The notes: generated from the letters alone by a model not told the origin. 24,000 nt of DNA from Nitrosopumilaceae archaeon (GCA_040877295.1 JBBDOC010000035.1:4371-28370); one strand, 5' to 3'; numbered from the stretch's first letter, positions 1-7,958 are shown. Program-made: numbers and translations.

Positions 1-259
1 TTTCCATATCATCGATTACTTCTGAAAGCTGGTCTTGTGGTAGATGAGATGCCAGTTTTTTTATGAAATTTCTTGCCTTGTTTTTTGTAATTTTTACACG
101 AAGAAACGCAATTGGGTTTTCATAATGGCCTACTAGCCGCTCTTTTGCAAATTCTGACTCTTCGATTCCAAAAAGCTCCAAAAAAGAATCAAAAATTTTC
201 CGCTCATCTTCGGTAGCATGCAAGATTACCTCAATTGTTACCTCTACTTTCTCTTCCAT
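1..259 (-). CDS. Putative UPF0201/COG1931-like RNA-binding protein. N-terminal 86 codons only; the gene runs off the window start.
   Basis: My own minus-strand translation from the ATG at 259-257 gives MEEKVEVTIEVILHATEDERKIFDSFLELFGIEESEFAKERLVGHYENPIAFLRVKITKNKARNFIKKLASHLPQDQLSEVIDDME..., open to position 1. The H-x-TED and GHYxNPI pattern resembles the archaeal UPF0201 family from memory. This ORF is not in the supplied track. Confidence 0.35.
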   Translation of the reverse strand, partial: MEEKVEVTIEVILHATEDERKIFDSFLELFGIEESEFAKERLVGHYENPIAFLRVKITKNKARNFIKKLASHLPQDQLSEVIDDME

Positions 260-289
260 TTGTCTATCTGGAAAAATTTTGTAAACGCT

Positions 290-898
290 TTAAGCCTTTA
301 GTAGTGCGATTTCTGCTTCAGCGGTTCTGACTAGCTTGACCTTTTCTAGCCCAACATGTCTTATTCGAATTACCTTTTTGGCAGCAGCCATGATATCAGA
401 GTTTATCTTCCCATAGCAGGTTGCCTGGACAAACTGATCAATGCTCATCTGAGGAATTGTCTTGTTCATAACATCGCGGGCAATCAATCTTAGTGCATGC
501 ATTCTTGAGGCGTTGAGCTGCTTGTGTGTTAGTGCAATGACCTTTATTCTAAAGATGTGGCCATCCTTTGTCTTGCACTCTGTGATGTAGGTTATCTTTG
601 TAGAGCCACGTCTTATCAGGCTACGCAAAAACTCTTTTGCATATTCATAACGCTTGAAAATTGTAGTTGCCTTTTCTCCTTCCACTTTGTCTATTTGAAA
701 ATAGATCTTGTACTGGTACTGAGAGGGATCGCCTTTTAGAATATCAAACAAGGTAACCTCGATTACTCTTCCCTTTGCATGTTCATCACCTGTTATTGGA
801 ATGTATGCAATTGGAATGTTGTTAAACGAGTCAGGGGCGTATACTGTAACCCATTTTTTTTCACGCCACTTGTCCTTTACCTTTGTTTTTCGTGCCAA
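290..898 (-). CDS. rps3ae: 30S ribosomal protein S3Ae (eS1)
   Basis: 202-aa ORF starting MARKTKVKDKWREKKWVTVYAP..., with the typical basic N-terminus and length of archaeal S3Ae. Confidence 0.9.
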   Translation of the reverse strand: MARKTKVKDKWREKKWVTVYAPDSFNNIPIAYIPITGDEHAKGRVIEVTLFDILKGDPSQYQYKIYFQIDKVEGEKATTIFKRYEYAKEFLRSLIRRGSTKITYITECKTKDGHIFRIKVIALTHKQLNASRMHALRLIARDVMNKTIPQMSIDQFVQATCYGKINSDIMAAAKKVIRIRHVGLEKVKLVRTAEAEIALLKA

Positions 899-938
899 TC
901 AATATCCGACCTTTGAACCCAAAATATAAGTTGTGGCC

Positions 939-2201
939 CTAGATTGTACTTTTTCCAAAATATTTTTGCAAAACTTGAGGCACCAAAATGTGTCCATCTT
1001 TTGTCTGATTGTTTTCCATAATTACAACAAGTGTCCTTGATGTTGCAACAAGTGTGCTGTTTAGAGTGTGAAGATATTTTGTTGGCTCGTTTGTCTTGTC
1101 ACGAAACCTAATCATTAGTCTTCTTGCCTGATAGTCAAGGCAGTTTGAACATGAAACTATCTCGCGATACGCGTTTTGTCCTGCCATCCAAACCTCGATA
1201 TCGTATGTTTTTGCAGAAACTTTTCCCATGTTGCCACTTGACAACAGCATAACCCTGTAGGGGATTCCAAGTTTTTGGTAGAATTCTTCTGCAATTGATA
1301 ACATCTTTTCATGTTCGCTCCAAGAGTCTTCTGGCCTTGAAAAGACAAACTGCTCTACTTTATCAAACTGGTGGACACGAAATATTCCCTTTTGATCACG
1401 CCCATGTGCGCCTGCCTCCTTTCTAAAGCATGGGCTTATACCGGCATATCGTATTGGCAGATGATTCCCATCAAGAATTTCGTCAGAATGCATTGAAACA
1501 AGTGCATGCTCTGATGTACCAATAAGGTAGAGATCCTCGTCTTGGATTTTGTAAATTACATTTTCAAAGTCTTCTGCAATTATTGCCCCTTCCATAGAAT
1601 TCTTGTTTATCATAAAGGGCGGCTGGACTAGCGTGTATTTTTTTTCTGATAAAAAGTCAAGTGCATAGTTTATCAGCGCTTGGTTTAGCCTTACTAGATC
1701 ATTTTTTAGTGCATAGAATCTGGCTCCTGCAATTTTTGCAGCTCGCTCAAGATCCACAAGATCAAGGCTTTGTGAAACATCAATGTGATCCTTTACTGTA
1801 AAATCAAACTGTGGAATTTTTCCCCACTTTCTTATCTCCTTGTTTGAAGCTGCATCAGGGCCAACCGGGACAGATTCGTGAATCAGGTTTGGTATGGTAA
1901 GTGCAAGCTTGGCATACTGGGATTCTATTTTGTTTTGATCTGATTCTAGGTTTTCAAGATCTGTTGATACCTTTTTCATCTCATCAAGAAGCGACGACGT
2001 GTCTTTTCCTTCCTTTTTTGATTTTCCAATCTCTAGCGATATATCATTTCTTTTTTTCCTGAGCTCATCTGTTTTTATGATTAGCTCGCGCTTTTGCTTG
2101 TCTATCTTTACTAGTGCATCAAGGTCAAAGTTGACGGCTCGAGCCTTTAGCATGCTGCGAATCTTGTCAGGCTCCTCTCGAAGAATTTTAGGATCAAGCA
2201 T
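939..2201 (-). CDS. serS: Seryl-tRNA synthetase
   Basis: 420 aa. It has an N-terminal coiled-coil arm (MLDPKILREEPDKIRSMLKAR...) and a class II core (FRKEAGAHGRDQKGIFRVHQFDKVE, GTSEHAL). The start ATG overlaps the upstream stop as TAATG. Confidence 0.92.
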   Translation of the reverse strand: MLDPKILREEPDKIRSMLKARAVNFDLDALVKIDKQKRELIIKTDELRKKRNDISLEIGKSKKEGKDTSSLLDEMKKVSTDLENLESDQNKIESQYAKLALTIPNLIHESVPVGPDAASNKEIRKWGKIPQFDFTVKDHIDVSQSLDLVDLERAAKIAGARFYALKNDLVRLNQALINYALDFLSEKKYTLVQPPFMINKNSMEGAIIAEDFENVIYKIQDEDLYLIGTSEHALVSMHSDEILDGNHLPIRYAGISPCFRKEAGAHGRDQKGIFRVHQFDKVEQFVFSRPEDSWSEHEKMLSIAEEFYQKLGIPYRVMLLSSGNMGKVSAKTYDIEVWMAGQNAYREIVSCSNCLDYQARRLMIRFRDKTNEPTKYLHTLNSTLVATSRTLVVIMENNQTKDGHILVPQVLQKYFGKSTI

Positions 2202-2440
2202 TATTCTATCACTTTGAGCGAAACTTGAACATGCTCTAGTACCTCATCTATTGTGGCAATCAATTTTTTCATGTTATCTTGACCTTGAAAAATAAAAACA
2301 AGTTTGTTATCAACATTTTCTATTTGCAGTGAGAGGTTTTCTGGAAAGTTGACATTGTCAGGCTCTAGTGCGCTTTTTACTGCCTGTGCTTTTTGAGCTG
2401 AAATGTTATTGATTGTAATCTTAACCTTGCACGCTAACAT
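2201..2440 (-). CDS. KEOPS Pcc1-like small protein
   Basis: The sequence ...KVKITINNISAQKAQAVKSALEPDNVNFPENLSLQIENVDNKLVFIFQGQDNMKKLIATIDEVLEHVQVSL fits the Pcc1/CTAG pattern (ALEPDN, two-layer alpha/beta) from memory. I prefer the internal ATG at 2440 (MLACKVKI...) to the track start at 2467. Either start overlaps the end of the upstream gene. Confidence 0.5.
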   Translation of the reverse strand: MLACKVKITINNISAQKAQAVKSALEPDNVNFPENLSLQIENVDNKLVFIFQGQDNMKKLIATIDEVLEHVQVSLKVIE

Positions 2441-3824
2441 TGGCTTCCAAATAGTCCAAAAACCCATCCAATTTGTCTTTAGCTATTCTTGCACCTGCGG
2501 CCATGTCATGGCCTCCTCCAATCCCTTCAAACTTTTCTGCACCTTCCCTCATGAGTGCGCTTAGGTTAACTTTGGACTTGCAGCCCATTGATTTTCTTGA
2601 TGAAAACTTGACTGTGCCTTCCTCCCCGTTTGTTCGCAAAATTACAATCTTTCCAACATTTTTTGGAGAGCCTGCAAGAAGAGATGAAATTGTTCCAGTC
2701 ATTGTCTCAGGGATTAGTCCCTCGCCATTTACCATCATGCATTTTTCAGAATCAGAAATTCTCCATCTTTCAGTTGATAAAACATTCATGTAGTCTCGGA
2801 TCATTTTTCTATAGTCTGAAAGAATTTTTTCGCCTTCCTGCAACATTTTAGTTCTATCACCCATGCAGATTGCGATCCCGACTCCTGCTCTATGTATTCT
2901 ACCGCAAGAGTTTAGCATAGTTGAAAATTCTCTACAGTCTCGCAGAAAGCTTCGCTTGTCCTCTTTTGGAAACGTGTAGGTATAACCAATTAGTTCTGAC
3001 ATTATCTCTGTCGCATTTTTTCCTGTTGTGTACTTTGTGATTGCCTCAATTACAGTCCTTTTTTCTTCTTCTGTCAATTCAGCTGGAACACGCCACCTTG
3101 CACCTTCCTTTAGCTTGATTTTTGCAGAATTTAGCAAAGAAAAACATGCATCACGATTCCATGTCAGTCCATCAATGAAGGGCTGTGATGTAAAGGCTAG
3201 TGCATCAGGCAACGGCCTTGTTTCCCGTCCAGCCAAAAGCAGATCAAGATCAATGTTTAGCTGACCTGCGTTTTTTGCAATGTTTGCAATCTCGGCGTTT
3301 GGCCCAGTAAATGATTTTTTTTCACCTTGGTCTTGTCTGTCGCCAAGTGCAGATACTACAGCAATTGCAGCAAGGTCTAAATTTTTGTTATCAAGTGTTT
3401 TTGCTGCAAGAAAGGCCATTCCGCCTGCGCTGATTTGGGTTCCTCCGTCAATTCCATATTTCCAAGCGTTGATCACTTTATCATTTTCAAACTCCTCTTT
3501 TGGTATCTGGTGGTGATCCAAGACAAACCAGTTGTCACCTAGTTTTTCATCCAAGTCTTTTGCAAACCCGCCGCCAAGATCTGTGATAACATGAAAACCT
3601 CTTGCATCTTTTTGCAAGTTTGCAATCACGTTTTTGTTAAGCTCAGGAACTGTCCTAACTGTACATTTTGCCCCTTCTCGGATTAACGCCTTTGTTATGA
3701 TGCTGCCAGATGTTATCCCATCGCAGTCGATGTGGGTTACAACAAAAATACTTTTTCCAGACCTTATGCAATCAGAAATCTTGTTTTCAAAATTATCTAG
3801 TGCATCATCTAATGTTTCTGGCAT
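2421..3824 (-). CDS. DHH/DHHA1 phosphoesterase, archaeal RecJ/Cdc45(GAN)-like nuclease
   Basis: 467 aa with DHH motifs: VVTHIDCDGITSG (motif I), VLDHHQ (motif III) and GGGHDMAAG (DHHA1). The start overlaps the S15 stop as TAATG. Confidence 0.8.
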   Translation of the reverse strand: MPETLDDALDNFENKISDCIRSGKSIFVVTHIDCDGITSGSIITKALIREGAKCTVRTVPELNKNVIANLQKDARGFHVITDLGGGFAKDLDEKLGDNWFVLDHHQIPKEEFENDKVINAWKYGIDGGTQISAGGMAFLAAKTLDNKNLDLAAIAVVSALGDRQDQGEKKSFTGPNAEIANIAKNAGQLNIDLDLLLAGRETRPLPDALAFTSQPFIDGLTWNRDACFSLLNSAKIKLKEGARWRVPAELTEEEKRTVIEAITKYTTGKNATEIMSELIGYTYTFPKEDKRSFLRDCREFSTMLNSCGRIHRAGVGIAICMGDRTKMLQEGEKILSDYRKMIRDYMNVLSTERWRISDSEKCMMVNGEGLIPETMTGTISSLLAGSPKNVGKIVILRTNGEEGTVKFSSRKSMGCKSKVNLSALMREGAEKFEGIGGGHDMAAGARIAKDKLDGFLDYLEANVSVQG

Positions 3825-4273
3825 TACTCAAGTTGAGCAACCACCGACTTATATTTCCAGTTTTTAGGTATACTGCCAATTTTTTTATAGTATGTTGAAA
3901 GTCTGTGGATTTTAGCTTCGATTAGCTCAAGCGATCTGACATTCCGATTATCTGACCTGTTTGTTTTTAGGTGTTTTTGTAGACCAAGTGCCTTTCTGAG
4001 TATGTTGTTTAGATCTTCTGGGAGTTCAGGTGTTAGGTTGTTTTGGTTCAAGACTTCACTGACTGTTTTCTTTGTGATTGGTCTTGCAAGTGGGATCGCG
4101 TGTTGATCGCGTAACTTGATTCCGATCTGGCTTGCAGTAAGGCCGTCTTTGCCATATTTTACGATTAGATCCTCTACATCTTTTGGACTATACGAGATCC
4201 ATGACGGTACTCTTAAAGTAGTAGGTCGAGTAGAGTGTGCCTTTCCATGATTGTGGGTATGAACACGTCCCAT
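3824..4273 (-). CDS. rps15: 30S ribosomal protein S15 (uS15/S13e)
   Basis: MGRVHTHNHGKAHSTRPTT...SWISYSPKDVEDLIVKYGKDGLTASQIGIKLRDQHAIP is a typical archaeal S15/S13e sequence. I place the start at the internal ATG 4273 (MGRVH) rather than the track start 4297. A TATA-like GTTTATGT lies about 29 nt upstream on the minus strand. Confidence 0.88.
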   Translation of the reverse strand: MGRVHTHNHGKAHSTRPTTLRVPSWISYSPKDVEDLIVKYGKDGLTASQIGIKLRDQHAIPLARPITKKTVSEVLNQNNLTPELPEDLNNILRKALGLQKHLKTNRSDNRNVRSLELIEAKIHRLSTYYKKIGSIPKNWKYKSVVAQLE

Positions 4274-4395
4274 TACAAGCCGTGACTTGTAAAACAAACA
4301 TAAACCTTACTTAAAAAACATGTAAAAATTCAAAAACTGTACAGGGGAAAAAAGTTAAATAGCAACTGCAGGCATTTCCACAACAAGGAAACGAT

Positions 4396-4719
4396 ATGAA
4401 TAAGTTCGCATTATTTGGAACTCTGTTTGTCGCATTGATAGCAGCAGGAGCTATCGCACCAGTATTTGCCCAGTATATGGGAAGTGTTGGACAAGGCGGC
4501 GAAACAGGTGCCAGTACACTTGAGGAAACTCTAAAACTTGCAAAAGCAAGAGTTGACGCAGCAGCAGCAAACCCCTCTACAGGTTCAGGTACTCCATACT
4601 TGGCAGCTGACGGTGTGCTAGGCGCATCCGCAATAGCAGGTGCAGTCTTTGGCGGCATTGCAATTGCCTTTTTCACAAAGGCAAAAAGAGGCAAATATGC
4701 TGCTCAAGGCAGAGGATAA
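4396..4719 (+). CDS. Small secreted/membrane-anchored Ala/Gly-rich protein; candidate additional AMO subunit (AmoY/AmoZ type)
   Basis: 107 aa. It has a signal-peptide-like N-terminus (MNKFALFGTLFVALIAAGAIAPVFAQ) and a C-terminal TM helix with a basic tail (GVLGASAIAGAVFGGIAIAFFTKAKRGK). A TATA-like GTTAAATA sits at 4354-4361 and a T-rich terminator follows the stop. It lies about 1.4 kb from amoB. Confidence 0.55.
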   Translation: MNKFALFGTLFVALIAAGAIAPVFAQYMGSVGQGGETGASTLEETLKLAKARVDAAAANPSTGSGTPYLAADGVLGASAIAGAVFGGIAIAFFTKAKRGKYAAQGRG

Positions 4720-4721
4720 AA

Positions 4722-4748
4722 CAAAACCTTTCTTTTTCTTATTTTATT
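4722..4748 (+). terminator. T-rich archaeal-type terminator after the 107-aa gene
   Basis: ACAAAACCTTTCTTTTTCTTATTTTATT directly follows the stop. It has the same A-run/short spacer/T-run layout as the sequences after amoA and after the 33-aa peptide gene. Confidence 0.4.
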
Positions 4749-4832
4749 AATTTTAATAACCTAGTGTGCGATCTAGTTGGTTTTTACAGCCAGAGAAATG
4801 TATATATCGCACGTGTTTAGTTCTGTTAACTA

Positions 4833-5102
4833 ATGCTTTCCATATTCAGCACGTTCTTAAGTATGCTGTCTTCAGTCACACTACAACTCGGACCAAACTA
4901 TGACCCACTATTCTACGATGTTATGGTTTACATCTTTGGAACAATGATGTTTACAGTGTTCCTGCTTGGGGTCATCGCATATTGGTTGCGTGTCCACGGC
5001 TGGTCATACAAAGACACCCGTGAGAGATGGGTTGATGAGCTAGACAAACACTTTGAAAGAGAAGGTGTAGGTCTGATACCAGACAACGGAAAATACTGGT
5101 AA
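4833..5102 (+). CDS. Small single-pass membrane protein; candidate additional AMO subunit (AmoY/AmoZ type)
   Basis: 89 aa with one strong TM helix (VMVYIFGTMMFTVFLLGVIAYWL) and a charged C-terminal tail. The TATA-containing motif ATATATCGCAC at 4802-4812 ends 20 nt before the ATG (leaderless geometry) and is identical to a motif upstream of amoB. A T-rich tract follows the stop. Confidence 0.55.
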   Translation: MLSIFSTFLSMLSSVTLQLGPNYDPLFYDVMVYIFGTMMFTVFLLGVIAYWLRVHGWSYKDTRERWVDELDKHFEREGVGLIPDNGKYW

Positions 5103-5141
5103 ATCCAATTCTTTTCTTCTTTTCATTATTTAGTTTACTAG

Positions 5142-5663
5142 CTAGTTTTCTGGCGGCATAAAGTCCGTATCCTTTGACTCGTCATATGCTTTTGATGTAA
5201 ACTCGGCCCTGTAGTGATATCCATCAACAAGTGGTGCATGGATAAAGTCAGGCGATTCGATACTATTTACAAAAACCCTTGACTTTGATTGGTCCATGTC
5301 GCGGAGAGGAAACTCCCAAACCCAAAAAAAGTGTCCTATCTCAAATGGATATTCTGTTTCCCATTCTGCATAAATCGTACCGTCGTTGGTAATGGTGTAA
5401 AGTGACTTTTGGCAGCCTTCCTCAAAACCAATGTTTGCTGGAATGTCTGCCTTTTTGCCATCAACATACAGTTCCAGTGTTGCAGATATCTTGTATGATG
5501 TATCTCTGGTGTTTATGCAGTTTTTTAGTGGATCAGAAGTACTAAGCTGACTTTGTACAATGCTGCTTCCAACGCCAACAGATATTGCGATTCCTGCAGT
5601 TATCAGCAAAAACCTGAGTGTCTGTTTGCGTTTTGCAGGATCCCCCATCCCAGGCCAAATCAT
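5142..5663 (-). CDS. Membrane-anchored extracytoplasmic protein of unknown function, AMO-adjacent
   Basis: 173 aa. An N-terminal anchor (LRFLLITAGIAISVGVGSSIV) is followed by a beta-rich domain with two Cys (KNCIN, EGCQK) and several His/Trp-rich patches (IGHFFWVWEF, FIHAPLVDGYHY). I recognise no family. Confidence 0.6.
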   Translation of the reverse strand: MIWPGMGDPAKRKQTLRFLLITAGIAISVGVGSSIVQSQLSTSDPLKNCINTRDTSYKISATLELYVDGKKADIPANIGFEEGCQKSLYTITNDGTIYAEWETEYPFEIGHFFWVWEFPLRDMDQSKSRVFVNSIESPDFIHAPLVDGYHYRAEFTSKAYDESKDTDFMPPEN

Positions 5664-5702
5664 GGCTAAACTCCCTTAGAATTACTTAAAGTCGTTTCTG
5701 TG

Positions 5703-6029
5703 TTATTTGTCAAGTTCTGTGATTACTTCAAGCATATCAAACTGGTCTTGATGATCGGCAAGGAAAAAAGTGATTTGATCCGAGTCAATTTCCACCCATT
5801 CTGATTCTCCCTTGTATGGAAGATAGTCTTCGACAAATATGTTGCCAGGGCCAGAAAGCCTGACCAAGATTCGCTCCTTTTTGGCATTTGGGGAAAAGGG
5901 CAGCTTTAGGACTTTGCCGCGTCTTTCGTCTTGGATGTTAATGGTATATTCTTGGCCATAAAATTCGACTATGCCTTTGAAATAACTTTCATGGATATTG
6001 AGCTGTTTTATTTTAAAACAAAGTGCCAT
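5703..6029 (-). CDS. Small soluble hypothetical protein, AMO-adjacent
   Basis: 108-aa ORF immediately downstream of amoB on the same strand. A TATA-like TTTATTATA (plus-strand 6069-6077) lies upstream. I recognise no family. Confidence 0.5.
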   Translation of the reverse strand: MALCFKIKQLNIHESYFKGIVEFYGQEYTINIQDERRGKVLKLPFSPNAKKERILVRLSGPGNIFVEDYLPYKGESEWVEIDSDQITFFLADHQDQFDMLEVITELDK

Positions 6030-6107
6030 CTTGTCTGATCAGAAAAGTAGGGCAAGATATCAATTTTGTATAATAAATGAAAAAGAGGAAAAAGATTGTG
6101 TATTGTT

Positions 6108-6674
6108 TTAGATTACTTGCCAGGGCCGTGTCGCAAAAGTAATCACATAGCCAACTGCAATAATTATTGATTGGTATGCAATGTTGGTATATGGAATTGG
6201 CTTGAGAATTGGTTCACCTTCCACAACAACTGTTTGTCCTGGACCAAGGCCTGGACCAACATGCTCAACGTTAAGCTGAGTGTGGACGTGATAAACACCG
6301 GGCTCAAGTGCTTTTGCAGAAATAGAGTATTGTACTACTCCGTTGCCTGGAATTTGAAATACATTTCCAGGTGGATCTCTTGCTAAGATTTCCCATCTGT
6401 TGCCGGCATTTGTTGACTCTGAGAATATTGAAAGCCATGCTCTCATGTCTCTTTCAACAAGGCTTACAAGAGTTCCTTGTAATGTTAGGACCTCGCCGGT
6501 TTGCAGTGATTGTCTATTGAATGTCTCATCTTCGATTCTTACGAAACGACTCTGTAGTTGTGCCTGCACTCCATGTGCTTCAGCAGTCTGAATCATCTGG
6601 GCAATATTTGGTCCAAATGTTCCTAGTGCCAAAACTACACCAAGTGCAACGACTAAGATTTTTTTATCGACCAT
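6108..6674 (-). CDS. amoB: Ammonia monooxygenase subunit B (archaeal short form)
   Basis: 188 aa. The signal peptide ends ...TAEA|HGVQAQLQSRF, which would expose an N-terminal His as in PmoB/AmoB. It has a single cupredoxin-like domain and a C-terminal TM helix, and is recognisably Nitrosopumilus-type AmoB. A T-rich terminator follows on the minus strand (plus 6078-6098). Confidence 0.9.
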   Translation of the reverse strand: MVDKKILVVALGVVLALGTFGPNIAQMIQTAEAHGVQAQLQSRFVRIEDETFNRQSLQTGEVLTLQGTLVSLVERDMRAWLSIFSESTNAGNRWEILARDPPGNVFQIPGNGVVQYSISAKALEPGVYHVHTQLNVEHVGPGLGPGQTVVVEGEPILKPIPYTNIAYQSIIIAVGYVITFATRPWQVI

Positions 6675-6706
6675 AGTTATCCCGTTAATTATTCCGAGGC
6701 AATCAA

Positions 6707-6717
6707 GTGCGATATAT
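6707..6717 (-). promoter_or_regulatory. amoB promoter element ATATATCGCAC (TATA box plus proximal CGCAC)
   Basis: The plus strand GTGCGATATAT is ATATATCGCAC on the minus strand and ends 32 nt upstream of the amoB ATG. It is identical to the 11-mer at 4802-4812. Confidence 0.45.
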
Positions 6718-6904
6718 GTTTTGCCGTATTGGAAAGATGCGATCAGACGTGATCATTGATTAACATTAATGATAATCATAGATATGGCTAATTTAACTAG
6801 TGAAATTAATCAATAATAACATGAAGTTTATTATAAATTTTTTATAATTTTAGCCATAATACATATAGAAATTATACCAAAAAACAAGAAATTGGAACTC
6901 TTAC

Positions 6905-6912
6905 TTTATATT
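6905..6912 (+). promoter_or_regulatory. amoC TATA-like box
   Basis: TTTATATT is centred about 26 nt upstream of the amoC ATG (6935), which implies a leaderless or near-leaderless transcript. Confidence 0.45.
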
Positions 6913-6934
6913 CGAAGAAAACATCAAATGAGTT

Positions 6935-7498
6935 ATGGCACAGATGCCGGCACTAATTCCAAAAGAGGTTGAGATCCAGAGACTAAAGAAGATCTGGCTC
7001 ATCGTAATCGCTATGGGATCAACTGCTGCATCAGTGGAAGTCGACAATTTCGTCGATGGTTCACTACATCAAACTACTATTAGAGACAGTGCATTCACAC
7101 CAGCACATTGGTGGCTATACAGCCACTTTGTGGCTCTGCCACTGGGTTGGGGTGCAGTTGCAATCTATGATAGAAGAGTTCCAATTCTTAGAGGTCCAAA
7201 CAACTCTATGAACACTGGCCTAAAGATGACCATTCTAGGTTATCTGGCAACAATGTTCACAATTGGAATCAATGAGATGTGGCACTTTTGGTTTGTAGAG
7301 GAAATCTTTGCAGTACCAAACCACTGGATGTTCAACATGGGTGTAGTCGTAGCATTTATGGGCGCTCTAGCATATGTTGTTAGAGTCTATGCACGACTGG
7401 TCGAACTTGGCGCAGAAACACCAGGCGAGAACCCGTATGTTGCTGAAATGTACAAGATGGCCCTAGAAGGCAAACTGTACAGCAGAGCAATTCCATAA
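6935..7498 (+). CDS. amoC: Ammonia monooxygenase subunit C
   Basis: 187-aa polytopic membrane protein (MAQMPALIPKEVEIQRLKKIWLIV...HWWLYSHFVALPLGWG...NEMWHFWFVEEIFAVPNHW), recognisably archaeal AmoC. Confidence 0.93.
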   Translation: MAQMPALIPKEVEIQRLKKIWLIVIAMGSTAASVEVDNFVDGSLHQTTIRDSAFTPAHWWLYSHFVALPLGWGAVAIYDRRVPILRGPNNSMNTGLKMTILGYLATMFTIGINEMWHFWFVEEIFAVPNHWMFNMGVVVAFMGALAYVVRVYARLVELGAETPGENPYVAEMYKMALEGKLYSRAIP

Positions 7499-7598
7499 AA
7501 GCGACTTTCTTTTTCTTTTTCTTTTATATACCATAGATTTAGATCGGCGCCATTCCTTGAAGAAAGACTTAAAAGCATTCTGAATATTATTATCGCAC

Positions 7599-7958
7599 AT
7601 GACACTTCCGAAAGGATTTGGTTCAGCTGGTGGCGGAGCAGGTTCTGCCGACGTTGAACGAATGATTGGTCGTCGTGTTGAAAACATGACAGGCATGATC
7701 ACAGCATCCTACATTGCCGCATGGTTGGCAACATTTGGCGGAACAGCTGCTGGATATTTCTTTTATCCATGGGCATATCCAACACCAAGTGGTCACTTTG
7801 CATTCATTGTACTGACGATTGTTGAATCCATTGGTTATCTCTTCTGCATCAAAGTAACAGAGGAAGGCTCTAGAAAGCGAAGCAATGGTATTCTAGCAGC
7901 AACACTTGGTGGAACTGCCATCGGAACAGTCTTAATAGTACTATTCGTAGGCCACTAA
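7599..7958 (+). CDS. amoX: AmoX (ORF38-type small membrane protein conserved between archaeal amoC and amoA)
   Basis: 119 aa with about 3 TM helices, in the canonical position between amoC and amoA of marine AOA. The exact start is uncertain: a TATCGCAC element abuts the ATG, and another TATA-like box lies at 7523-7530. Confidence 0.7.
   Translation: MTLPKGFGSAGGGAGSADVERMIGRRVENMTGMITASYIAAWLATFGGTAAGYFFYPWAYPTPSGHFAFIVLTIVESIGYLFCIKVTEEGSRKRSNGILAATLGGTAIGTVLIVLFVGH

Noticed and set aside
2473-3898. Series of 62-106-aa plus-strand ORFs inside the RecJ-like gene, plus similar nested ORFs inside serS, amoA, amoB, pheS, pheT and the 406-aa gene
   Set aside because: All lie fully within, and antisense or out of frame to, long ORFs with clear family signatures. 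They have no independent promoter, terminator or motif support.
4311-4694. 127-aa minus-strand ORF overlapping the 107-aa plus-strand gene
   Set aside because: It is an antisense shadow of a GCN-rich (Ala/Gly) coding region. The plus-strand ORF has a signal peptide, a TM anchor, a TATA box and a terminator, and the minus-strand product is low-complexity with no signals.
6821-6847. Mini-ORF ATGAAGTTTATTATAAATTTTTTATAA in the amoB/amoC intergenic region
   Set aside because: It has only 8 codons of pure AT-rich sequence inside a promoter region, and nothing distinguishes it from chance.
7583-7601. TATCGCAC element at amoX as a functional promoter for the annotated ATG 7599
   Set aside because: The element abuts the start codon, so it cannot be at promoter distance from that ATG. 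Either it is coincidental or the true amoX start or transcription start site differs. It is reported only as a weaker copy of the shared motif.
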